Positions 31,401 to 38,145 of a DNA stretch of 64,000 bases are shown piece after piece (the stretch's first letter is position 1; every line of letters begins with the position of its first letter). This stretch comes from an uncultured virus (IMG/VR IMGVR_UViG_3300017747_004058) (Duplodnaviria > Heunggongvirae > Uroviricota > Caudoviricetes), in the IMG/VR virus record IMGVR_UViG_3300017747_004058; one strand, written 5' to 3'. Both the position numbers and the translations under genes were made by a program. The notes below the pieces were generated by a model, which saw only the letters and a program-made list of their open reading frames with translations, was not told the DNA's origin and made no database searches.

Positions 31401-32755
31401 TTGCCGACGACATCGCCGCGGAGATGACTTATAACCAGAGGAACAAGCTCGCGGACATGATTAACAATGTCCAAGCGCAAGCAAGCGCTCCTGATTCCAG
31501 TCTGGGCATGAAGGCGCTTGCTGTTGCAGCTACGCAAATCTCCCTGTTCACCAAGATCCCCTTAAACATGTCCCTGGACGTAGTGAAAATGGGGTCCGCC
31601 AACATTGTGGACATCTTCAGGCAGGGAATGAAGTCCCGGCAAAGCGCCCGCCCTGGTCGTGACACCATTACCGGCGAACAAGCCAGCGAGTACGCAAGGG
31701 CTAAGGGGATCGAAACCCCCACCGAACAGGAAATCAAGGCTGCCGGTGACCAGCTTTGGAACGCCATGAACGAACGGCAGCAAAGGGCATTCATGGATGC
31801 CCTGGCTGTAGGCGCGATGTCTACAGGTATCGCCATGCTGGGCTGGATTGGGGCTCAGAACGGCGTAATCGTAGGCGCTGCGCCCCCTGGTGACAGCGGG
31901 GAGAGCCTAGTGCGCGAGACCGCCGGCATTCCCTTTGGGCCCTCGATTCGCGTGGGGAATAAGTACATTCCCCTATCTGTTCTGGGCACCCCTGGAATGC
32001 TGGCTGGCGCATCGGCCATTGCCCAAGCCAAGACCGCAGAGGCACAAGCATTGGGCAAACAGGGCCTTAGTGATGTGACCGACCGGACGGCAGATTATGG
32101 CGCTGGTCTGGCGAGCGTGGTGTTCAGTAATCCGCTCACCCAGGGCGTCAGTGATGCCGGTAATATCATGAGTATTGCCCGTCGCGCAGACGGAGATGCG
32201 CCCAATCCATTGACGCGGTTTGCGGCTAATCGCTTAGCGTCGCATATTCCCCTAGGACCGCAAGCAGCGCAAATTGCCGCCGGGACTGACCCCTATAAAC
32301 GTGACATTAGCTCCAAGTCCGACACAGAGCAGTTGACCAATGTGGTCAAGCGCACCGTTCCTGGTTTGCGTAATACTCTTCCTCCGCGCACAGGGGCATT
32401 CGGTGCCCCACTGCCGGAAACCAAGGGAATACTTGGCCGGCAGTTCGTATTCGACCGCACCGATGACCCCGTGCTGCAAGAGGCGGCCGACCGCGGTGTA
32501 AGTGTTCGCATGGTTAAACCGGGGGTACCTAAAACTGAGCAAGACAAGGCTGATCGTCTGGCCGCCGGTCTAAATCTTCGTGATGTCATCAGTGAGGAAA
32601 AAGCCCGCGATCTTAACCCGCGCAAAGGACTAGCGGTTCAAGCGGCCGTTCGAGCATTAATGAATAGCCAAGCGTACAAAAATGCTCCCAATGACCGCGT
32701 ACGGGAACTACTTATGCGCCAAGTAGTGACCAAAGCATCTGGCGCGGTAAAATAG
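25439..32755 (+). CDS. Giant (2438 aa) internal virion / polyvalent protein with ddrB-ParB-like domain
   Basis: Region about 27050-27790 (YRV...FQNRE...RNHG..AL..LY..Y...L...GLDPEQI..IPDPILERE..FAN) resembles the ddrB-like ParB domain; the C-terminus is typical of large ejection proteins. Confidence 0.6.
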   Translation: MPQKPRTLEEDFEPIESTASKKTRTLEEDFESIDTPEPEPAAKPNQPELNIPGTKELGLPGLSYVSGVRPQEHPSGGKMLLEKAKEAGRTAWETVTKPPAQGMHEALGTPNPEDATLTGAYNRASDSAAKLAEPITKPVLRFLDKDKVFNTGQTVRGAAAFADELGRGVAGVGDFATSPVGVALPAVGRMLPPAAHAAIGAGFAADMANPTAEAIREAADNPNARNTSKAVVQSLMMGLPLVQAGATERGNRTRAREMDGQETIRTQRAMDEADNRSAMNLLEQDAANRAVQAQRGEIATAQGLVRNSRRLRNKLQEAAPPVELPVNESVTPEPPPVELSQAQAPQVQAPQAPQVSIQPDTAPIGPIFHGAESPGTHQFTTAGRNLLQFSADPNEAATYGQVSEYAPRPDAKVSKISGTAEQVAKALYSGDVPNGILRVEILDGQGNVVRSDIMGEPQFFERVNKPVERPAEAVQNAPVEAPPVSQVPEPQQTLFEPPAPQPVPAAAIQETPPSEPVAPVAPKQAAPPPPVLPPAPNTFIGPNKQDVPFTYRVRSAREIGTSFSPDADPAFQNRETRVGAEGSSTGVNVASRMRINERKSDMDYRMMADSPQAGSGASIVWTDETGRTHRLTRNHGTKALQELYEEGGALAEKYKQDLIADAPRLGLDPEQIKSIPDPILEREIATPMDRAAAVDLVDFANVPTTAKMTAVERAKIIARRLTPEKLRSLNVTEDGVFDPEFVRIVFGDMTTEERNDLMQTDGTISMDGQTALRNAILAKAYPNSTVLERAAKSTDAEIQSIVTGLTKAAPEVARLQAQIESGERYDLGLAEELSRAAETTAELRRSGRPVAEWAVQKDVPGFEQSPIVRDMVQVFDSLKRAPNRIADLISRYVDEANAAGDPRQSGMFGEAEPPNKQGIWERALGTFLAEDEIKQAEIEAKKKKTASPSLLDDPDLVKAQSVFQRQIARLTKNGDEASKRLRNADTASFGGTGMISDIAQVIAADIARGFMRFRDVAAWVMERYGEPAVAWLKEITERVQNLLPEETREQSLRRELAYQQLSAAKEKFNGRIRDMATRLNSPNPAELIKISVEIGLAYMKAGVDNFEIFSERLLREAGQAAEEIRPHLKSIYNSSLRSFNEFKKRQAAARLPEAQQLDKLLTRQAKRERAQKLSGSIKGIGTSEYAISPNHEESMRAWIKKQPEGMQPALLKTLESYAKATPSEVEGFVKLQEAVVKAAGMDAAANLSVISREAAIDSMTSNRVLMAVAISALKDMGEKITHMNDALGKINPIEQPTAYAELDLKVRKAIAEQEKMYDRIAQTKTNIGRSLNALKLNVAQAGFGDIDHWLKVARRKAGILQGTPLPDHIVRGLNKVVSDGKANETAAKLDAIKPRINAASGKEYDAIQDEKDYGSPKPAPKPAPKPKLRQKLDLAEQDALKEIQKLLAGAASTLSAGPGMAAELLAAYAKLGAIKIAKGSLDFAEWSREMVFAAGEQVKPHLDAIWQKSKAAYDEQWKNYDPDAFGDSFTAGEQTPIFPEPAKPPVKFSESIKPIKPGEQGELLPTREAPGEHLKDGEIKPIKPGPQEELFPKPPAKPVTFSDTPIEPVIGFQSDFINLLPESTRRTRIEEFNEGVRLAKFIAQQAMKEQANSPMALLEKATAEAIRHYQGMIDRAYEPARPPKYSEEIQQAVSDNPRVKMLEKEWNRILEERKRNEPAPTSEEKIERFIKGRQKWIDDQWDKIRSSNPQEKEQIVSKWQLTPEERAKAMRDPRVGENYTELAILLSRLGRTTPLEAYGNFLRANVLSIGGPVIGAFIPEKKQNARAAAYLASGSQLGNLLGNSSKYTVYQASQLLSAGMEDALSLVSNKPYQARTAGLIRHAKRAAIESYKEFWPAYLEILKYGATREQLGKMDFSRMQNTEGLLPERVGKFVPKKLQDGWDLHVNSIYGSLGAADLLFKKAIQKQVIASMVEREGLKEPTAAIIQIADDIAAEMTYNQRNKLADMINNVQAQASAPDSSLGMKALAVAATQISLFTKIPLNMSLDVVKMGSANIVDIFRQGMKSRQSARPGRDTITGEQASEYARAKGIETPTEQEIKAAGDQLWNAMNERQQRAFMDALAVGAMSTGIAMLGWIGAQNGVIVGAAPPGDSGESLVRETAGIPFGPSIRVGNKYIPLSVLGTPGMLAGASAIAQAKTAEAQALGKQGLSDVTDRTADYGAGLASVVFSNPLTQGVSDAGNIMSIARRADGDAPNPLTRFAANRLASHIPLGPQAAQIAAGTDPYKRDISSKSDTEQLTNVVKRTVPGLRNTLPPRTGAFGAPLPETKGILGRQFVFDRTDDPVLQEAADRGVSVRMVKPGVPKTEQDKADRLAAGLNLRDVISEEKARDLNPRKGLAVQAAVRALMNSQAYKNAPNDRVRELLMRQVVTKASGAVK

Positions 32756-32777
32756 GACCACTAAAAGGAATTCCCCC

Positions 32778-33398
32778 ATGCAAAGACTCTTTAAGCTGCT
32801 CGCAATCATTCCACTGCTAGGTTTGGCAGTCCTGGCGCAGATCACCACATTCCCGCCTAGTGGGAGCGGCGGTGGTGGAGGCAGCACACCTCCACAGTAT
32901 TGCGAAGTAAAGAACGCGGCTCAGGGCGGTAGCGGGGCGTCTGGGTTCTCGATTCCCACTCAGGCTAATCAACCCATCGCCACAGCGATTAATGGCACTA
33001 ACGTAACTACCGGAGCCACTAGGTTTATCGCTGGGAGTACGACGGTGCAGTTTTCTTGCCCCCTTGATCCAAATTACAATGCGGCGGGAACGGCCACGCT
33101 TTTTGTCACATGGCGTTCGGTCACCACCACGGGAACGGTCACATGGACGGCCACTAATGCCAGCGTCGCGGCCAGTGAGTCTATCGACCCTACGCTGTCC
33201 AACTCCAATAACGTCGTGCAGGCGGTTCAAGGGACTACTCTCCGAGCCAATACCGCCAGCATCGACCTTACAAAGACCGGCTGGGCAGCGAATGAAACTC
33301 TTTTTGTTCAAATATCCCCCACGGCGGCCACCACTGCCATTGACACAACTAACCATGTTGAGATTCTTTCTGTCCGCTTGAGCATCCCGAGGATCTAA
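32778..33398 (+). CDS. Signal-peptide-bearing beta-sandwich protein
   Basis: MQRLFKLLAIIPLLGLAVLA/Q then Gly linker and T-rich beta domain. Confidence 0.65.
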   Translation: MQRLFKLLAIIPLLGLAVLAQITTFPPSGSGGGGGSTPPQYCEVKNAAQGGSGASGFSIPTQANQPIATAINGTNVTTGATRFIAGSTTVQFSCPLDPNYNAAGTATLFVTWRSVTTTGTVTWTATNASVAASESIDPTLSNSNNVVQAVQGTTLRANTASIDLTKTGWAANETLFVQISPTAATTAIDTTNHVEILSVRLSIPRI

Positions 33399-35881
33399 TG
33401 AGCCGCACACTGTTTGCACTTTTCTATTTTCTGCTGGTATGGCAAGTTCCACTGCACGCTGTCACCTGTCGCACGATTGCCAACGGAAACCTGACCGCGG
33501 ACACGACCTGGGGTGCTCCCGGAGTAGGTTGCGTGGGCGCGGCCGGCACGCTGGGAGTGGGCATTCCTGGGAACGGGGATGATGTCATTCACCAGCACGA
33601 CATCACGGTCAACGCTAACTGGACCATTGGGAATTCGGTGGGCAATTACGCGGTAGCGGGGTCTACGGCCATCACGGCGGCCAGCAACGCGAGCCCCATT
33701 CAGATCACCAGCACCTCTCACGGATACACCACAGGCAACGTTGCAGTGATTGCCAGTGTCGGAGGCAACACGGCGGCCAACGGCGTTTGGGCTGTCACGG
33801 TGATTGATGCCAACAATTTTACGCTTAATGGCTCCACCGGAAACGGCGCGTATACCTCAGGCGGCACCAGCGTCCGGGTGACCGCAAAAGCCGCTATCCA
33901 ACGAGCGCAAGGTAACGGTATCATCAATGTGCAAGACGGTTTTACGCTAACCGTTAGGGGCGATGTGATCGACAGTTTCGCCAATTCAACCTATAGCGAT
34001 GCGTTTCAGCATGTTCAGCTTCAGCCTGGAGCAAGCTATCAGTTTGATTCCTCGGCGGCATCGCCAACATCCACGACGTATGTCCAGGGGGGAGATGCAA
34101 ATTCTCGTGCTAATGCGGGGCTCCGGGCTGTCTGCACTGCTGCAAAACCCTGTAACGTCACGAGTAATGCGGGCGGTGGCAATGGACGGTTTGATCGTCG
34201 AGCCTTTATCGGAGCACCGAGCATATTTGTCCGACACGGCCGTTTTGTGCGCATTGGCGACGCCAGCAACTTGTTCACGAATACATCTCTTAATGGAACT
34301 GGCATCGCCGGCATTGACATTGAGAACTCGACGTTTGAATCGTGCGGGGCTATTAACCCGGCAGTAGGCCCTTCCGCTGGCACCATACCCATGCGAATTC
34401 ATGCCAGTTGGTTCAACAATGCGGCAAGTACTTGCGATGTTCAACTTCCTTACACGATTGCCCGCACCGGAGCGCCATCTATTTGGGCATTAACCGAGAA
34501 CTGGTTTGGCCGTGGCTACGGATGTTCAGCTCCTGGACCGGTTACTGATGTCACCATAGAGGACAATGCTGCCCGCAGCACTACCGCCATTCCGTTCCGT
34601 TGGCTGTCCACTTCAGGCGCACCTACGACACAGAGACGGAATCTTGCCATTCGTCTGGTGGTCAGTGGAGAACATCCGACCATTGCCGTGGTGGAGGAGG
34701 ACACCCACCTGTGGAAGAATGACGATCTGAACAACATACACGGGTCAATTCCCAACCTTGGACGTAGTTCTGAAATTCGCAACATGCTATGCGAAACATC
34801 TTCTATGGTTGATCCGCAGTCGGGGGAATGTGTCACTACTGGGCAAGCATCTACAAACGTGGTGTTTACCCTAAGAGGAATGGTAGCCGCCACTGCTGGA
34901 GCTAACGGATCTTCTAGCGGTCCTACTGTTACCTTGCTGACTAGCGGCTCCACAGTCACTAGCCGTTGGAGCTTCTTTTTTGCAAATAACACCTATAACA
35001 TGGGTAGTTCTAACCTGACGGCGGCCACATTCAATCTTGGAGAGAGCACTAATCCGTCTGGAGTAGCCTTTCCTACGGGGGCAGTGGCACAGTTTCACGC
35101 TAATTTAGGGTTCTCAAATGTTGCTAATTCCGGCCGTGGGAAATTTGCCTACACCGGTGGTGTTGCCCCAAACCCAGCCACGCTGGATATCGCTCTACCG
35201 GCCAACATCCTAAATAACTACGGGCATCAGTATGAATCTCCTTGCGTCCAGACCTTTTGCACTGGGTTGCCGAATATAACCGGGGGCTATCCTGGGAGTT
35301 TCAGCTCTACCCCTGGCACTTCAGACACTGATTTCCAGTACAGTGGTGTAGGCGGGCCCGAGTTCGTAGATCAATTTCGTAGCACTCCTAGGTTCTCTCG
35401 TGATTACTTAGGAATCCCTGCCATCGGTACTTGGGTGAGCTTTGCTGCGGGGCACACTTTTAATGTGGGGGATGTAGTTAGTCACGTCAAGAGCGGAACG
35501 TTTGGGAATGCCATCATCAATTATCGCTGCATTCAAAGTCACGTTAAGAGTACGGCCAACAGTGAGCCGTACACCACTGCGGTCACTTGGCGTACCTTTT
35601 GGCAATTCGACACAGAATTTAGGGTGAGTGAGTCGTACAGGCTGAATGCTATCGGTGACACCACTGTGACGAATCTCCCCAACGGAGCCGTGCAAACGGG
35701 CGGAAAAATCACCGACCATCAGCTAGGCATCACTAACCGGATGCTTGCTAGTGCTCTACGAGAGTGGATCAAGGCTGGATATGTACCTAGGAATAACACT
35801 TTGCGTGGACGTGGGGTCAGTGGCGGTGTAGTGGGTGCTATGCCTATGAGTGGACTACTGCCGGCGCTACTGGTGAACTAA
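33398..35881 (+). CDS. Signal-peptide-bearing beta-helix protein with FCCH-like and CBM5/12-like modules
   Basis: N-terminal hydrophobic leader; HGYTTGN...ANGVW.VTVIDANNFTL module; W...FNVGDVVSH...YRCIQSH module. Confidence 0.6.
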   Translation: MSRTLFALFYFLLVWQVPLHAVTCRTIANGNLTADTTWGAPGVGCVGAAGTLGVGIPGNGDDVIHQHDITVNANWTIGNSVGNYAVAGSTAITAASNASPIQITSTSHGYTTGNVAVIASVGGNTAANGVWAVTVIDANNFTLNGSTGNGAYTSGGTSVRVTAKAAIQRAQGNGIINVQDGFTLTVRGDVIDSFANSTYSDAFQHVQLQPGASYQFDSSAASPTSTTYVQGGDANSRANAGLRAVCTAAKPCNVTSNAGGGNGRFDRRAFIGAPSIFVRHGRFVRIGDASNLFTNTSLNGTGIAGIDIENSTFESCGAINPAVGPSAGTIPMRIHASWFNNAASTCDVQLPYTIARTGAPSIWALTENWFGRGYGCSAPGPVTDVTIEDNAARSTTAIPFRWLSTSGAPTTQRRNLAIRLVVSGEHPTIAVVEEDTHLWKNDDLNNIHGSIPNLGRSSEIRNMLCETSSMVDPQSGECVTTGQASTNVVFTLRGMVAATAGANGSSSGPTVTLLTSGSTVTSRWSFFFANNTYNMGSSNLTAATFNLGESTNPSGVAFPTGAVAQFHANLGFSNVANSGRGKFAYTGGVAPNPATLDIALPANILNNYGHQYESPCVQTFCTGLPNITGGYPGSFSSTPGTSDTDFQYSGVGGPEFVDQFRSTPRFSRDYLGIPAIGTWVSFAAGHTFNVGDVVSHVKSGTFGNAIINYRCIQSHVKSTANSEPYTTAVTWRTFWQFDTEFRVSESYRLNAIGDTTVTNLPNGAVQTGGKITDHQLGITNRMLASALREWIKAGYVPRNNTLRGRGVSGGVVGAMPMSGLLPALLVN

Positions 35882-35882
35882 G

Positions 35883-36089
35883 ATGATCCATTGTGAAGCT
35901 TGCGGAAAATCCTTTAGCGAGGTGTTCGAGGAGATCCCGCACTATCATACCTGGGAAGAGTACCGTGCAGCGGCGGCTCAGCACAATCCTTTTGACTTTC
36001 AAGCATGGAAGAAGTCTCATGCCGAATGGATGCAAACACATCCGTACCCGCAAGACCCATTGACGGAGGTTGCGTGGAAGCACTTGTAA
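35883..36089 (+). CDS. Hypothetical protein
   Basis: Directly follows the previous stop; CxxC at the N-terminus. Confidence 0.45.
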   Translation: MIHCEACGKSFSEVFEEIPHYHTWEEYRAAAAQHNPFDFQAWKKSHAEWMQTHPYPQDPLTEVAWKHL

Positions 36090-36219
36090 GAATTCAAATT
36101 GACGACCCGGAGGGCATTGAGCGCATCATAGATGAATTAGCCGAACAGGGGTTTTTCAACGGCACCGAGCGGCCCGAGGCGGCTACATTGTATATTGGTT
36201 GGGACAGAAAGGAACAACA

Positions 36220-36444
36220 ATGAATTGGGCATCGTTGGCGTGGGAAGCGCCCGGTATCATTAGGCGCTTTATCATGGCGTTTCGCCAGCCGAACAAGATC
36301 AGGCGGGAAGCCAAGATCGCAGAGGCGGTGGTTGATCTTTGGATGCTTATTGATCCCCTGCTTCCGTCGAAGACTAGCGAGAGCCGCATCCGAGATTTAG
36401 TGGACAAGTATGTGCCCATGATCGCTGCGGAGTTTGAATCATGA
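36220..36444 (+). CDS. Hypothetical protein (lysis region)
   Basis: AAGGA SD; ATGA couplings on both sides. Confidence 0.5.
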   Translation: MNWASLAWEAPGIIRRFIMAFRQPNKIRREAKIAEAVVDLWMLIDPLLPSKTSESRIRDLVDKYVPMIAAEFES

Positions 36445-36638
36445 ACGTCCTTATAAAAGCGCTGAGCAACGTGCACAAAGGTCCAGTCTCGACCGCGGTC
36501 GGCGTCGCTGTCATCGGCGCTGGCGTGTGGCACGGCCTACAGACAGGCCAATGGAACCTCGAACTAATTGGTGTGGGCGTGGGCCTGCTGGTCTGCCCTG
36601 ATAGCTTGAAGCCGAAAGACCCGCCGCAGTGCCCCTAA
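36441..36638 (+). CDS. Putative holin
   Basis: 65 aa with two hydrophobic segments. Confidence 0.5.
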   Translation: MNVLIKALSNVHKGPVSTAVGVAVIGAGVWHGLQTGQWNLELIGVGVGLLVCPDSLKPKDPPQCP

Positions 36639-36949
36639 TTATCCGGCGAAATGAATTGCTGATCCGGCTCGCGCTGATCGTGCTGGCGGCAGCTATCCTA
36701 CTTGGGACAATAGGGCATGTTTATGCCGATGAACGTAGTGCACGCAACGATGAACGGCTAAAAATCGTCGAGCACGACATTGAAAGAATTACCCTCACCA
36801 ACCTACCAGAACGGGTCGCAAAAATGGAAGAAAGGCAGGTCAGGACCGCTGAGGATGTCACAGAAATTAAGACGCTCTTAAAGGGCATAATCGGGGCTAT
36901 CGGTCTGCTGCTAACGGGCAAGTTCATGGATTTGGTAAAGAACAGATGA
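36629..36949 (+). CDS. Membrane protein, TM-coiled coil-TM (holin/XhlA-like)
   Basis: Hydropathy pattern and ERVAKMEE...VTEIKTLL coil. Confidence 0.5.
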   Translation: MPLIIRRNELLIRLALIVLAAAILLGTIGHVYADERSARNDERLKIVEHDIERITLTNLPERVAKMEERQVRTAEDVTEIKTLLKGIIGAIGLLLTGKFMDLVKNR

Positions 36950-37227
36950 CCAACGGCGTCCTGTGCGTGCTGGTGGCCATTCCTAGCATCATCGTGATTT
37001 TCGGCGCTTTTGTTATGTGGCCGATTATTCGCCGCTGGCGTGGCTACTACAGCGCCCGAGATCGTCGGATGCTTGACTGGTTGGAGCATCAAGTGGTCAC
37101 CCGGCCGGCATTGGGCATGGAGCAGCGAGAGATTACTCTGACCATGCTTATTAAGGCTGGCCGCGGGGGGCAAGAACCAGAAGAAATCAGGCAGGAGGTA
37201 TTCCCATGCGAACCAGAGCATTCCTAG
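36946..37227 (+). CDS. Membrane-anchored hypothetical protein
   Basis: N-terminal TM segment; ATGA coupling. Confidence 0.5.
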   Translation: MTNGVLCVLVAIPSIIVIFGAFVMWPIIRRWRGYYSARDRRMLDWLEHQVVTRPALGMEQREITLTMLIKAGRGGQEPEEIRQEVFPCEPEHS

Positions 37228-37324
37228 TGCGGTTAAGCTTAGTGTTGCTGCTTATTATTGATTCCCCGCCGCCCAGGCTCCCGGACCCGAGTACGTGTTG
37301 GCCGTGTCCGCCGGGACAGTAAAA

Positions 37325-37906
37325 TTAGGCTACTTTTTTTAGTTCCCGCTGAACTGTTGTCCGACTCACGCTGAACTTCCTGGCGATCTCACTAACGGCC
37401 ACGCCTTGGGCCCTCAGTGCCCGTACCTGCTGCCGGTCGATGTTGGCGGGTACTTGTCCCAGCCGGACGCCCGAAGCCTTCACACGGGCTAGTCCAGCCT
37501 TAACGCGGTCGCTGATCCTTACACGCTCCAGTTTGGCCATGGTCGCCATGATTGCGATGAGCATTTCACCGGTAGGCGAGCTGGTGTCAATATGGGGTTC
37601 GCTGAGGCTCTTAAACGCCACGCCACACTTGGTGAGCTGATCTAAGTACCCTAGCGTGGCTTGGATACCTTCGCGGGAGAGTCGGTCTAAGGACCAAAAG
37701 TACAGGATGTCGAATTCCTTGCTCCTGGCCGCCTCCAAAAGACTCTTTAGCTGGGGCCGATTGCTCTTTGCGCCGCTGAGTTGGTCGCAGAACTCGCGCG
37801 TGAAGGTATGGCCAGTCGTAGCGATGAGGTCCAATAGCTGTCTTCGCTGGTTCTCCGGGTGCTGACGGTCGTCAGTGCTCACACGCAAGTAAATGGCAGC
37901 TCGCAT
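37325..37906 (-). CDS. Small serine recombinase (resolvase/invertase family) with C-terminal HTH
   Basis: YLRVST (catalytic Ser), D.LSG...RPQL, LDRLSR, ER..I..R...GL, HTH VSEIARKFSVSRTTV. Confidence 0.93.
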   Translation of the reverse strand: MRAAIYLRVSTDDRQHPENQRRQLLDLIATTGHTFTREFCDQLSGAKSNRPQLKSLLEAARSKEFDILYFWSLDRLSREGIQATLGYLDQLTKCGVAFKSLSEPHIDTSSPTGEMLIAIMATMAKLERVRISDRVKAGLARVKASGVRLGQVPANIDRQQVRALRAQGVAVSEIARKFSVSRTTVQRELKKVA

Positions 37907-37941
37907 AGGTTTATATTAAACCTAAAGCATCCAGCAGTCAA
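37904..37941 (-). promoter_or_regulatory. Leaderless sigma70 promoter plus 19-bp palindrome
   Basis: TTGACT-17nt-TAATAT-6nt-ATG; palindrome at 37906-37924. Confidence 0.8.
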
Positions 37942-37944
37942 CGA

Positions 37945-38145
37945 TTATTTGCTAACTGAGACGGTGAAGCGGATCTTGGCCTTCAGGCCGCCGACCAGCG
38001 GAGCAGCCCAGTCTGGCGGCACAGCCCAGAAGAGGGAATTCACAATATTGAACAGTGCTTGCTCTAGGTACTCTTCAACATTGCCTACCTTGTCTTGGAG
38101 CCAAGTGTAGGTTTCGATTGGGATGTTGATCGTGATGGTCTTCAT
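37945..38145 (-). CDS. Hypothetical protein
   Basis: TAATG coupling to the upstream tail gene. Confidence 0.5.
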   Translation of the reverse strand: MKTITINIPIETYTWLQDKVGNVEEYLEQALFNIVNSLFWAVPPDWAAPLVGGLKAKIRFTVSVSK

